64,000 nucleotides of DNA from Octopus sinensis (GCF_006345805.1 NC_043007.1:25172001-25236000); one strand, 5' to 3'. Shown: positions 28,359 through 41,632, numbered from the stretch's first letter. Notes: generated by a model from the sequence alone, not told the origin. A program made the numbers and translations.

Positions 28359-29157
28359 GAAAAAAACACCTTTTATCAATTCAATAATGAAAAATTAAAT
28401 TATACCATTTAGAAAAATTACATATTATAGAAAGATTAAATATAAGATAAAACATATAACAATGATTAAGTAATATGCAAAATAGTAAATAAAACATATA
28501 TATTTGGTAGAATAACAACATGTGTTTTGTGGCTATATTTAAGAAACGATAATAGTAATAAAAATAGTAAAATCACTTCAATTATTGAATTGATAAAAGG
28601 TGGGGTTTTTTCTAATTTATATATATATATATTATATTTTGTGAAATTTGATTTAGTATTTCTAAATTGAATTTTTCCCTGTAAGTTTGGAATAATATTC
28701 CTTCATATTATTAATATTATTATAATATATATATATGCTACATATGTATGTATGTAATGTGTGTGTGTTGTATAAAAGAAAAATTCAAGTGAGGTTTAAA
28801 TTTTACTACAGCTGTTTCGGCAGCATTCTATTGATGCATTCATATATTACATCATAGAAAAAATCCACAATCCTCAGGCATAATTTTAAACACGTATAAC
28901 CAGGCAAGGTAAAACTAGAAGATGACTTTTGTTGACAAAATGACCACCTTCAAGTAAAACATCTAGGATGTCAAAAGAGAAAGAGTGATATCGGTGAAGG
29001 GAGAAGAGAGAAAGAAGTAATACAGTGAAGGAGAGGTATATATATGAATATAGGCATGTATTCATATGTGTATGTATGTAAATGTGTGTATATATGTATA
29101 TGTATACATACAAATGCATACATACATACACACACACACACACATACATACACACAC

Positions 29158-29188
<31 letters not shown>

Positions 29189-29284
29189 TACTACATACAT
29201 ACACACACACACATACATACATACATACACACACACATACACACATACATACATACATACATACATACATACATAAGGCTTGTC

Positions 29285-29390
29285 AAAACCAGAATGGAGA
29301 AAGATAATTCGAAGACTACAGATCCAATCCATCACTGGAACTGTAAGAATCTATAAAACTTTCCAGAAGTTTATCGTTTAGATATATATA
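29285..29390 (+). mobile_element. Short RLE-type LINE C-terminal remnant
   Basis: Encodes WRKIIRRLQIQSITGTVRIYKTFQKFIV*. Confidence 0.45.
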
Positions 29391-29718
29391 AGCATGTCTA
29401 GATATGTAACTATATGCATGAGAATACGTACATAAAGCAAAACATACAAGTCTGCACATATACATACATACATGCAAGCAAAAATACCCTGTAGCTGGTG
29501 TTGAAATTCCAATGAAGGATCCTTGGATCTAGGTTAGAAACTGGCACTTTCTCTATTGGCAAGAAATTTTGAAATGACACACATACATACACATGCATAC
29601 ATATCTACATTCATGTCTTTCTAAATATAAAAACATCCACATATCTACATGTGCATGATTGTTTATTTACACTTGTGAGTCTACTTATCTATGTACATTT
29701 ATATATATAAATATGTGC

Positions 29719-29751
<33 letters not shown>

Positions 29752-29829
29752 AGTGTGTGTATATATATGTGTATGTTTGTATATATGTATGTATGTGTAT
29801 ATATAGAAAATGAACCTCCACCAACTATT

Positions 29830-30085
29830 CTGCCTATGTGTCTGTGCACACCTTTCAATGCAATGTATACCAGAAGGTTTGCAAATCTAACAAAGACCTC
29901 AAAAGACATTTTAAGATCCACAAAAATCAGAACTTATCTGCAGCTCTTGGTGGTCCAAAGCAGATATACAATCTATGTGAGTGTCTTTTCAGAAATTGGT
30001 TTCAAAAGCCACATAATATACCATGATGGTCCTAAGGTATAGGTACAGGAGGTGGTCAAACTTTGCATAAGGAGTAGTCAACCAC
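29830..30085 (+). mobile_element. Decayed twin C2H2 zinc-finger fragment, probably an RTE-like LINE 3' end
   Basis: Encodes FQCNVYQKVCKSNKDLKRHFKIH and a frameshifted second finger LCEC..SEIGFKSHIIYH. Followed by a short UTR and (TA)n; no splice context. Confidence 0.55.
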
Positions 30086-30117
30086 TATATATATAAGTGT
30101 ATGTATGTATGTTGGTG

Positions 30118-30150
<33 letters not shown>

Positions 30151-31169
30151 TATATATATGCACCCATATAGCCATCTACACATACACACAAGCTCCAATT
30201 TTTATAGCTATATGATATACCAGATATAAACCAAAATATATCATGCAATAATACAATAGATAAGATACAATAAATATATAATAATAGATTTTGAGTTTGG
30301 AACCAGACTAACAAATATTTCATTATTTATGAGATAAAGATTAAGTGGGCTAGTTTAATGAGAATTTGTAATTAGGAGGCCTATTATATTGAGTAACATA
30401 TTACTCAAACAATACCTACAGCCATAGATAATAGACAAAACTACATTAGATGATTTAGATAAAGATAAGGGATGTTTGAAGTGGATTTGGTAACAGGTTT
30501 AGAATATGCAAATGTGCTTCTAATATTATGTAAGCATTTGAATCTAAGTTCCTGAGATTTAATCAGGACATTACCGGGATGTTACCTACAATAGCTGTAG
30601 TAAATTTTAAGCCCCACTTGTGTTCTTCTTTTATACATATGTCACACCTAGAACCTACCCTGGGTCAGATCTACAGTTAATATTGGATTTGGTACCTGTG
30701 TGTGTGTGTGTATACATATATACATCTACTACATATGTGGGAAATTCTGTCTGGGTGTGTTTGTGGAGTTGTCAGCTAACTCCTCCAACATCGTTTTATC
30801 AATTTTAATGAAACTTGAGTAGAACTCATGTCTGGAAATGTCGAGGCATACTCAGATTTTTGAAAAACATCGATAATAGGGCCCCTGGAAGGGATCCTTA
30901 TATATAACTAATATATTTTATTTTAACAGCCAAGGGAAATAACCCATTCATTTTCCTATATTATTTGGTATAAATCAAATTGAGTATGCTAGTTTCTTAG
31001 TATTTGAACTGTTAGAGTTATTTTTGCAATTTATCCAGTACAACCATAAATAGATCCACTAATTTCTGTTAGTGACTTATTCATGAATGGCGATGCTTTT
31101 CATGTCACTTCAGCCAGTTGACAAGTGCTGCATGAAGAACTGTTCTGCTTTTAGACAAAGGCACTGTCA

Positions 31170-31855
31170 ACACAATGATCACACCCTGTTTACTTGTAGG
31201 AACACCTTAAAATCAATCTGTACATCTTCAAAATGGCCAGGGTATATATTTCACTGAAGACAATGTTCAAAACGTAGTTCTGAATCCATGAGAGACCACT
31301 TTGACAGTTTTCTTCAAATTATGCCAGTGGGATCTGTTTGCCGAACGCTTCTGTATGTAGAGAACCCCGTGTACTATACCTGGGCACACAATAGATGGAA
31401 CAGATGCAAGCAAGAAACATGCATTGAGGGCTGAGAATAAGGTGCTTTTTTCAGAAGTTGAGCCATGGGACAGGTGTACACTGTGCACCCTGATCAGCTG
31501 GAGTGCTTCTTTCTGCATCTACTGCTACAAATTGTCAGAGGTCCTACATCATTCACAGACTTTTGAAGACATAATAGGAAGTCTGTATGACCTATAGAGA
31601 AGCCTGTGCCAAACATGGACTACTGGAGGACGATGCTCACTGGGACCAGACACTGGAGAAGACAGTAGTCAACACAGCACTAAGTCAACTGTGCCAGCTG
31701 TTTTCTATCATGTTGATGATATGTGGCTTGCGTGAACCCCACAAGCTTTGGGCGATCCACAAAACCAGCATGGCAGAGGACATCTAGAAAGGATCCAAAG
31801 GCAAACCTCAGAGGAAATTGCCATGTTCACTAACACCATTTACAATGAGGCATTA
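31170..31855 (+). mobile_element. Decayed Helitron RepHel coding fragment (Rep-to-helicase linker)
   Basis: Encodes NGQ..YFTEDN, GQVYTVHPDQLECFFLHLLL..VRGPTSF, TYREACAKHGLLEDDAHW and LWAIHKTSMAEDI, with stops and frameshifts. Confidence 0.85.
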
Positions 31856-32064
31856 TTTGTGCTGTTTATCTTGATATGAGATCACCATGTCGTGCACATA
31901 TGGTTCTGATGCATGTGCCTAGTGTACCCTTATCAGACGGGTAGTCATGATGGGTATACTGGGCTTCGTATATTTTACCCCAGTGTCACTTTGATGGCAT
32001 GCACTGCTCTCTCACTCAACAACAACAACAACAACAATAATAATAATAATAATAATATGATGAT

Positions 32065-32400
32065 GATGATGATTTGAAGTGGAAAATATAAGGGTTGTGG
32101 TCAATGAAGAGAGTAGATGTGATACCAATAGTAATTGGTGCACTTGGAAGTATCATCACCCAACTACCAACATGACTGGAAATGATTGGCGCAAGTTTGA
32201 AGATAGAACACCTACAAAAATCAGCATTGCTTGGAACTGCAAAAATTCTTTGCAGGTTTCTTGAAGCATGACCACTAAAACCAGTGTCATCTTACCACTG
32301 GCTGTGGACAGCTGACACTTTCCATCATACCCAGCAAAATAAGCTGTGAGTTTTCATATAGTAATAATAATAATAATATTAATAATAATAATAATCATCG
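32065..32400 (+). mobile_element. 3' fragment of an RLE-type (R4/NeSL-like) LINE
   Basis: Encodes RLWSMKRVDVIPIVIGALGS...IEHLQKSALLGTAKIL; (AAT)n tail. Confidence 0.75.
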
Positions 32401-32684
32401 TCATCGTTTAACGTCCGCTTTCCATGCTAGCATGGGTTGGACCAATAATAATAATCCTTTCTACTAAAGGCACAAGGCCTGAAATTTGGGGAAGGGGCAC
32501 AGTCAATTACATCAACCCCAGTGTTTCACTGGTAATTAATTTATCAACCCCGATAGGATGAAAGGCAAAGTCGACCTCGGTGGAATTTGAACTCAGAATG
32601 TAGCAACAGATGAAATACCACTAAGCATTTCATCCTGTGTGCTAATGATTCTGCCAGCTTGCCACCTTAATAATAATAATAATG

Positions 32685-32739
<55 letters not shown>

Positions 32740-32744
<5 letters not shown>

Positions 32745-33302
32745 TGCCCTGATGCAGTACCAGGCAGTGGCTCTCATGGCTTTTGATCTTAACTGATTGG
32801 AAGTGTTATCATGTACATTGTTTTGTCTTGGTATAAAAGATGGGCTACAGCAAATATTCTGCTCAATACCACAGATTTGCTTGTCAGTTGTTTGACCTTA
32901 ACCAGTTGAGCATGTCCCTTAGTGGCTGACGATATGTGCATCTCTGATCACGAGCAGAAGTAGTGTGTGGGAGAGCATCATGCCATGTGTTGAGAGGGAT
33001 TCTTTGGGGTTTGAATAATTCACCTCTGGAAACATGGGTGGTTCTTTCAACATCCTTAAACAACCCTTATTCAGGGACCTTTTGTGCAGGATGGGCTACT
33101 CAACCTGAAGAAAATTCCAACTGGGCCCCACCTGCAAGGTGATGCGCTGTTTATCTTGATATGAGATCACCATGTCGCGCACATATGGTTGTGATGCATG
33201 TGCCTGGTGTACCCTTATGAGACGGGTAGTCATGATGGGTATATTGGGCTTCGTATATTTTACCCCAGTGTCACTTTGATGGCATGAACTGCTCTCTCAC
33301 TC

Positions 33303-33345
<43 letters not shown>
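32740..33345 (+). mobile_element. Interspersed repeat ending in (AAT)n (LINE 3' UTR or SINE)
   Basis: Partial copies at 31856-32060 (+) and ~38130-38200 (-). Confidence 0.6.
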
Positions 33346-33349
<4 letters not shown>

Positions 33350-33695
33350 TAATCCTTTCTACTAAAGGCACAAGGTCTGAAATTGGGGGGGGGGAATAGT
33401 CAATAACATTGACCTCAGTACTCAACTGGTACTTCATTCATCGACCCCGAAAGTATGAAAAGCAAAGTTGACCTTGGCAGAATTTGAACTCAGAACATAA
33501 AGACGGACAAAAATAATAATAATAAAATATAATGATAACAACAAAATCAACAACAACAACAACAATAATGATAAGAAAGGAACAGAAGGCAGAGAGAAAG
33601 TTAAAATGTATGAAAATTATTGGTTTCAACGAATAATAAGATATTGAACATTTATACTTATGTAAATATACATATTATATATATGTGTATATATA

Positions 33696-33733
<38 letters not shown>

Positions 33734-34026
33734 AGCATTAAACTAATGCAACACTTGTCCCTCCCATGTTGTCTTCATTTTCTGCTCATTTGCTTTCTTA
33801 ATATGTGTGCTTGTGTTTGTGTGCATATGTATGTATATATACCATCATCATCATCATTGTTTAACGTCCATCTTCCATGCATGCATGGGTAGGAGATATA
33901 TATATATATATATGTATACACACACATGCATACATATATATATATATATATATATATGATTGATTGATTCTAGTTTCAGCTCACGAGCTGTGGCCATGCT
34001 AGGGCACCGATATATATATATTATAT

Positions 34027-34062
<36 letters not shown>

Positions 34063-34149
34063 CATGCATACATACATATATAGAAAGGGAAAAATTGATA
34101 GAAAGAGAAAGACAGATACACAGACAGACCAATAGATTGACATACAGAC

Positions 34150-34266
34150 AGTCAGGTAGATAGATAGATGGATAGATAGATAGATATAGATAGATAGATT
34201 GATAGATAGATAGATGGATAGATAGATAGATATAGATAGATAGATTGATTGATAGATAGATAGATT

Positions 34267-34354
<88 letters not shown>

Positions 34355-35030
34355 CAGACAGATAGATAATTAACAAATATATTTATATAATGATGTTTAG
34401 CCAGCCAGTGCAATTAGGTGTATTTTTCTCGTTAAAAAGCCACAGACGTATCCAACCAGCCAACCTTTTCTCTCCATATACACTATATATATATACATAG
34501 CAACTGGAAGAGACCTGCTTCAACACTGAATGAACAATCAGCAGTTTTTGTTGTTCTTGTTTCTGTTGTTGTTGTTGTTGTTGTTTTATGGCAATATTGC
34601 AGTCATTTATTCCATGCATTGTTTTATTCATACCAACAGGTATGTGTGTGTGTGTGCGTGTGTGCACATGTGTGTGTGTGTGTATTTAATAATAAACATA
34701 TGTGTGTGTGTGTTTTTATACACATATGTACACGAATGTGTGTTGTGTGTATGTATATTTGTATGTGTGTATATGTATATATGTGTGTGAGTGCATGCAT
34801 GTATGTATGTGTATATATATATATATATGTGCATGTGTTTGTGTATATATAATATATATATTATATATATATATATATAGATATATATATATATATGCAT
34901 GTTTGTGTAAAATTTTTATACATGTATATATACAGATAGATATAGATAAATAGAAAGATAGATAGATAGATAACCAAATAGACAAATATATAGGCTGATA
35001 GTTTGGAAGTTAGATAAGATAGATAGATAA

Positions 35031-35090
<60 letters not shown>

Positions 35091-35116
35091 GCAGATAGAT
35101 AGGCAGATAGATAGGC

Positions 35117-35178
<62 letters not shown>

Positions 35179-35200
35179 GCAGATAGATAGATAGATAGGC

Positions 35201-35234
<34 letters not shown>

Positions 35235-35260
35235 GCAGATAGATAGATAGATAGATAGGC

Positions 35261-35310
<50 letters not shown>

Positions 35311-35460
35311 GCAGATAGATAGATAGATAGATAGGCAGATAGATAGATAGATAGATAGGCAGATAGATAGATAGAAAGATAAAGTAACTAGATAGACAGA
35401 CAAATAGATGGATAGATAGACAGATAGACAGGTGAAAAGAGGGAAAGTCAAACTAATAGA
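34150..35460. repeat. (GATA)n/(GGCA)/(TG)n microsatellite cluster
   Basis: (GATA)n at 34150-34372 and 34960-35460. Confidence 0.9.
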
Positions 35461-35715
35461 AAGATAGATACTATAACTCCGTACACTGGTTCTTCAACCG
35501 CGGCTACCAAAGTATAGGTTCCATAGATAGGTGCAATCTATCTCTTCAAAATGCACATTATTGCAGGATGATGGAGACAGTTTAAACATTAAAAACAGAA
35601 TGAGGCAAGACGGATGGTGGAGATGGGGAGAGGGGTGGTGGTGGTAGTGATGTTAGAAGGGGAGTGGAGATTAAGAGTCAAGATTAAGAGAAGTGGAAAA
35701 GAAAGGAAAGGTGGA

Positions 35716-35751
<36 letters not shown>

Positions 35752-36483
35752 AGAGAGCATTGAAGAGTGAGGGGGTGTGAGATGAAAATTGGGGTAAGGT
35801 GAAGGGGGGAGGGAATAGCGGAGACAGAATGAGGGATATACGTGTTAGAGGTTGGTAGAAGGAAGAGGAAGCAGGGGTTTGTAGAGATGAAAGATAGAGA
35901 CAAGAGTGACAGAGAGAGAGAAAGAGGGGAGGAGGAGTGAGAGGTAGAGAAAAGAAAGCGGGAGCGAAAGAAAGAAATTTGTTACACATGCACACAACCA
36001 CATGTAGACATACACACATGCACACACACACACATAATGTGCATCATACATACATACACACACACATATACATACATACATGTACACAAGGTCACTTCAC
36101 ATGCAGACACATCCGTTGGTGTTTTATTATTGATCTGTGAAGGAGTGTCGGTGGCAGTTTAATGGGTGGGGGGTGGGGGGGTGGATGAGAGTGTTAAATC
36201 TAATAATTTGAATGTCCACACCCAGCTGCTTGGTAGGGATGGCAGCACTTGCAGCAGCCACAGCAGCAGCATTAGCAGCAGCAGCAGCAGCATCAACAAC
36301 AGCAGCAGCAGGTCTGGTCCAAGTGAACCAAACAAATGTGGCTGAAGAAAAATCTTGACTTATTTATGATTGTAGATCAGGGATTCTCAACCATATTCAA
36401 CCTACAGACCCCTATGATTCTTATTTCACTTGGATCTACCCTCATAGCCATTCGATATTTAAGAAAATCATATTATATCTTAA

Positions 36484-37178
36484 TTATCTCCGCCTTAGCA
36501 AAGGCAGAGGTATTGTTTTCAGTTGTGTTTGTTTGTTTGTTTGTTTGTCCGTGGACAAGATATCTCAAGAACCACTGGATGGATTCTGATGAAACTTCCA
36601 GGAATGTTTGGCTTTATGATTTTTGTTGTTGTTTGTTCTTTCTCGAGCCATGCCTGGCTCATAAGGGCCAGTTTCCCGGTTTCCTTGGCGTATTGGTTTC
36701 CCCACCTGGATAGGACGCTGGTCCGTCGCAGGTGAACTGCTAGATGCAGGAGAAAAGAGAGAGAAAGTTGTAGCGAAAGAGACAGTAGAAGTTCACCATT
36801 ACCTTCTGCCGGAGCTGCGTAGAGCCTAGGTGTTTTGCTCATAAACACACACATTGGCCGGTCTGAGATTCGAACCCGCAATCCCTCGACCGCGAGTCTG
36901 CTGCTCTAACCACTAGGCCATGTGCCTCCTGGCTTTATGATTGGCACAAACTGATTAGATTTTGGGATCGATCCTGTACCAGACAAGGATTCTGGATTAT
37001 TTTTCCATTTTTTTCACTTAATTTTTGAGAGCAGTCGGGTTCATTTTAAGCATTCTCATTTGTGAGAGCAGTCGAGTTTATTTCAGGTATTCTTGTTCTA
37101 AAAATCATCTCCAGCTAATCATTGAGAGGACATTGGTGTTGCCTTGGCTGAGGTTTGTGCTCTCTGAGTGTTCTTGTT
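36484..37178 (+). mobile_element. Helentron-associated non-autonomous element (HINE/DINE-like)
   Basis: TTATCTCCGCC...GGCAGAGG subterminal IR, (TTTG)n tract, and 3' CCTTGGCTGAGG...CTCTCTGAGTG end. Confidence 0.6.
36622..36929 (-). mobile_element. SINE family F inside the HINE
   Basis: 13-bp TSD TGGCTTTATGATT (36609-21 / 36930-42). Confidence 0.87.
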
Positions 37179-38210
37179 ATTAAATATTTTAGGAATTGTA
37201 TAAAAGAAATTGTTAAAATATTTGGGGTATCATAGAATTATAAGCTACTTACTGCTCATAAATTTTAATAAAATAATCTTAAATGGACCCCCAAAAGCCA
37301 TATGAACCCTGGTTGAGAAACCCTGATGTTGGTGTTGCATATTTATTTTAGCCCTAGGTGAGCCCTGATCAAGCTAATCTGTGCTCAAAATTATCCTTGT
37401 CATCACCATTACATATTTTATTCAGAGACAAAAGGGCAACATTATATAATATGCCCTTCCTTTTTTCTATTATTGAAGACAATAAAATATGATTTGAGAG
37501 AGATTTGGCTGGTATTTCTAGTAGATCAAGTTTAACTACTGTTGCTTTAAATTTGTGAAGAGAGTTGGACTGGTGGTGTTGACCTTTGTAGATCCTCCCA
37601 CCTTCTTCACAGGTCAGATTAGTGTAGCAGATATTCAGTCTGAACAAATACTGGTCTATATTATCACCATCATTATCATCATCATCATCGCCATTATCAA
37701 GACTGTGCTGGCTCAGTTATATTAAGTAGATGGATGCCAAATGCTCCATGAAGAAGTGCTGTTTACTCAAAGTGGATGGAACTTGTGGAAGAAGGAGACC
37801 TAGGAAGATATGGGACACTGTACTGAAGGACAACCTCAGAATGCTGAACCTTTTGGATGAGATGACAAGGAGCCAAGATACCTGGCACCTTGTACTCTAG
37901 AAGACCCATCCTCCTCAGCAAAAGTGTTAAATCCACATCCTCATGATGAAGAAGATTGGCCTGCAGGAGTTCTGTGCTGGTGCCACATAAAAAGCATTTG
38001 TGCCATGTAAAAGAGCTCATGCTGGTGGCACATTAAAAGCACCTGGCACACACTGTAAAGTGTTTGGTGTTAGGAAGGGCATCAAGCCATAGAAACCAAG
38101 TCAAATCAAACTAGGAAGACAAAACAATGTACATAATAACACTTCCAATCAGTTAAGATCAGAAGCCACAAGAGCCACTGCCTGGTACTACATCAGGGAA
38201 TTTATTATTA

Positions 38211-38242
<32 letters not shown>

Positions 38243-38247
38243 TATCT

Positions 38248-38416
38248 AAAAATACCTTAGGAATGAAAACCCCAGGTTTGGTTTCAGAATTATACCAGGA
38301 CACCTGATGAAGGCTGGAGAGTAAATCAGCCGAAACATTATGGTAAAAAACAAACAAGATGAGGACACATATCCGTCCAATGTAAATAATGTAAACAATG
38401 TACAGAAGTCCTCATC
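38248..38416 (+). mobile_element. Penelope-type terminal repeat with a hammerhead-core-like motif
   Basis: CTGATGA-A-GGCTG...CAGCC-GAAA at 38304-38335; inverted copy at 39169-39320. Confidence 0.55.
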
Positions 38417-39168
38417 GCAACTCATTGTGATGCACATTTACATTAAACATCCAGATCCAGCTGGACATACATGCTTCACTTCTTTCCAGCTTTTGTGTAT
38501 CCTTACTGTTCAGTATCCATCGTTTTGCTACCATGCAACATCATACTTTATACAAAAGCATCATACAATCTGCTCTTTGCTTAGAGAAGGAATCTCTTCG
38601 TTATCAGCTTCCTGAGTATTTCCTACTCTAAAATAGTCATCTATGAATCATACTTAATGTATAAACATTGTTAATAGGCAAGCTACTGTGGATATACTGC
38701 ATTAAAAATACAATATATATGAAAGTGAGATGATTACCAGTCATTGATGTTCATCCTTCATGTCTCTGAAGATGACCAGATTAGCAGCTGACACGTTGGG
38801 GATCCTTAAGGTGGTTTATTAGGCCAATATTGGTATAAAATCTATGGTTACGAGGGGTGAAAGTAATAGCAGTCAGGACCCAGTCAAGTTGTTGCCTTCC
38901 ATGCAACGCTTCTCTCTTTAATTTCTCTGCTCATTTCTGTACTCTGGAGTGCTGTACTCCAGGATAGGCAGCACTGAGCCACAGGGAGTAAATTCAGAGC
39001 ATGACTGCTTTTAGTAAGACTTTTTTTTTTATGTTGTCTTGAGAGTGCCTTTGTATCTCTTCTTTGGTTCACTTCATGAACAAGAGTCAACAGCTAGTTC
39101 ACCAAAGAAAATCTGTTTAGGGAGTCTAGAGTCAGGCATGTATGTTACATACAGTTCCATATTTAAGA

Positions 39169-39320
39169 GATGAGGAATTCTGTACATTATTTACATTTGA
39201 CGGATATTTGTCCTCATCTTGTTTGTTGTTAACACAATATTTCGGCTGATATACCCTCCAGCCTTCTTCAGGTGTCTTGGGGAAATTTCGAACCTGGGTT
39301 CTCATTCCTAAGGTATTTTT
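39169..39320 (-). mobile_element. Second, inverted copy of the Penelope-type terminal repeat
   Basis: Minus strand CTGAAGA-A-GGCTG...CAGCC-GAAA at 39240-39271. Confidence 0.55.
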
Positions 39321-40226
39321 CGATGTTGTTATTATTATTATTATTATTATTATTGTTATTGTTCAGGTCACTGGTTGGAATAACAACCATCTAGCTTCCT
39401 GTAACTCTCTTCTGTTGTTGATTTTCAGTTTCTTTTGGTGTATGAGAATGGCCTCAGAGATTCTAAGGTTGCCCCTGTACCACTGTGTTGCCTAGAAGCC
39501 ATACTAAAGCATGCATTGAAGCTCAGCACTGCTCTCTGGCTCATCTGTTCATGTTGGACCATCAAACCCACGCCAGCATGACAAAAGGGATGTTGAATGA
39601 TGATGATGATGAAAACGAAATCAAACAGAATATCTCTGTCTATTTGTAAAAAAACTTCGAGTGAGCAAAAAGATTCAAGCGAGCAAAAAGATTTGAGCGA
39701 GGTCATTGCCAGTACCGCCTGACTGGCCCCCATGCCGTGGCACGTAAAAGGGCACCATTCAAGCGTGATCGTTACCAACATTGCCTTACTCTTACTGGCA
39801 CCTGTGCTGGTGGCATGTGTAAAACGATTCAAGCGAGGTCAGTGCCAGTACTGCCTGACTGGCCCCCGTGTCGGTGGCATGTAAAAAGCACCCACTACAC
39901 TCTCGGAGTGGTTGGCATTAGGAAGGGCATCCAGCTGTAGAAACTATGCCAGATCAAGATTGGAGCCTGGTGCAGCCATCTAGTTCACCAGCCCTCAGTC
40001 AAAATCATCCAACCCATGCTAGCATGGAAAGCGGACGTTAAACGATGATGATGATGATGATGATTATTTGTATGATTTTTTATTTATTACTGTAATGTTC
40101 CTTCTTTTATTTTTACCAGTTTTTGTAGGTGCTACTACAATACCTTTTACAATTTTCAAATTAATTTTTATATACAATTCTATATTGCTGAAAGGAAGAA
40201 TTTATATTATATATACTTTTTATAGT

Positions 40227-40497
40227 GTGGAGGCACATCACCTTGTGGTTGGAGCAGTGGATTCATGGTCGAGGGATCTTGGGTTTGAATCTCAGACTGG
40301 GTGATGTGTGTGTTTATGAGTGAAACACCTAAGCTCCATGCGACTCCGGCAGAAGGTAATGGTGAATTTCTGCTGACTTTTTTACCACAACTTTCTCTCA
40401 TTCCTTCATTCTGCATCTAGCAGCTCACCTGCGACGGACCGGCGTACCGTCCAGGTGGGGAACCTATACACCAACGAAACCGGGAAACCGGCCCTTA
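40227..40497 (+). mobile_element. SINE family F
   Basis: Homologous to 36622-36929; a related copy lies at 41309-41570. Confidence 0.8.
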
Positions 40498-40579
40498 TAT
40501 ATATTGGTTAAATAAATAAAATGAGACAAAGTCAAGACAGTGTGAAATTTCTAGGACATTTTATAAAGAGAGGGGTAGT

Positions 40580-40625
40580 CCTTACAGCTGTTTCAGAGAT
40601 ATAAAGGATATCCCATAATCAGAGA
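40580..40625 (-). ncRNA. Mutated hammerhead copy (core CTGATTA)
   Basis: Inverted-arm copy with a G8>T core change and a stem II mismatch. Confidence 0.55.
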
Positions 40626-40931
40626 TGAAATGAGAGAGTTAAATAGAAGAAAATGATAGAGTTCAGTATAAGAAGTTATTTTGGAAAGGGAGAGATATAA
40701 GAAGTATAAAGACAAATATAAAAATAAAGATAAAGATATAAGTTGGATGTTAAATTTGTTGTTTCATTATCCAAGGAATGTGCTGTGTAGAATAGGTAAA
40801 AAGGCTTCTTGTCCATAGTATGTAAGTTCCAGTAGGAATTTATATTTTGTTATTACAAATGGATAGTGGGCAACAAAATAACATCTTATATTGAACTCTA
40901 CTATTTCCTTCTATTTAACTCTCTCATATCA

Positions 40932-40977
40932 TCTCTGATGATGGGATATCTTTTATATCCCTGAAACAGCTGTAAGA
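40932..40977 (+). ncRNA. Minimal type I hammerhead ribozyme motif
   Basis: TCT-CTGATGA-T-GGGATAT-CTTTT-ATATCCC-T-GAAA-C-AGCT-GTA/AGA. Intact core, 7-bp stem II, palindromic ACAGCTGT stem III and 3-bp stem I. Activity untested. Confidence 0.7.
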
Positions 40978-41201
40978 CTACCCTTCTCTTTATAAAATGT
41001 CCAGGAAATTTCACACTGCCTTGGCTTTGTTGTCTCATTTTATCTAACCTATACATGCTCACACACGACCTGCGTTAGACTCCTCACTCACACTATTTTC
41101 AAACCGGGAGTCTAACAGCGGTCCTTTTGTAGCACTTACATAGCCTTACCTGCTTTTTTGAGCTTCTAGATACCAAAGCCTCTCATATATATATACATAC
41201 A

Positions 41202-41292
<91 letters not shown>

Positions 41293-41591
41293 TGTGTGTG
41301 TGTGTGTGTGGAGGCACAATGGCCCAGTTGTTAGGGCAGTGGACACGCGGTCGGAGGATCGCAGTTTCGATTCCCAAACCGAGCGTTGTGTTTGTTTATT
41401 GAACGAAAACACCTATAAGCTCTACAACCTGTTGTACTCTTTCGCCCCAACTTTCTCTCACTCTTTCTTCCTGTTTCTTGAGTAACGCTGCGATGGACTG
41501 GCATCCCGTCCAGCTAGCAGGGAACACATATGCCATAGAAACCAGGAAGCCAGGACCATGAGCTTGAAAAGGGTGCATAAATAAAATTTAA

Positions 41592-41632
<41 letters not shown>

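Larger units (their letters stand above)
36378..37325. mobile_element. hAT (Charlie-like) MITE with nested insertions
   Basis: TIRs CAGGGATTCTCAACC / GGTTGAGAAACCCTG. Decayed 8-bp TSD (TTGTAGAT / ATGTTGGT). Confidence 0.7.
40506..41050. mobile_element. Foldback element with ~165-bp inverted arms, each carrying a hammerhead motif (probably Penelope-derived)
   Basis: Arms 40506-40670 and 40886-41050 are reverse complements. Shorter family members occur at 46228-46370 and 51339-51388. Confidence 0.7.

Noticed and set aside
28050-28680. RCSI/P3-like photoreceptor motifs (TAGCTGAATTA, CTAAATTGAATTT) upstream of the PLC exon
   Set aside because: Imperfect matches in very AT-rich DNA, so not distinguishable from chance.
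28805-28860. Additional hammerhead (GAAACAGCTGTA on the minus strand), also GAAACGTT at ~60580
   Set aside because: The CUGANGA half of the core is missing; these are remnants only.
29838-30026. Host C2H2 zinc-finger gene exon
   Set aside because: The first finger has lost a Cys, the second is frameshifted, there are no splice sites, and it ends like an RTE 3' tail.
36239-36358. Poly-Ala mini-ORF MAALAAATAAA...
   Set aside because: A (GCA)n microsatellite with no other support.
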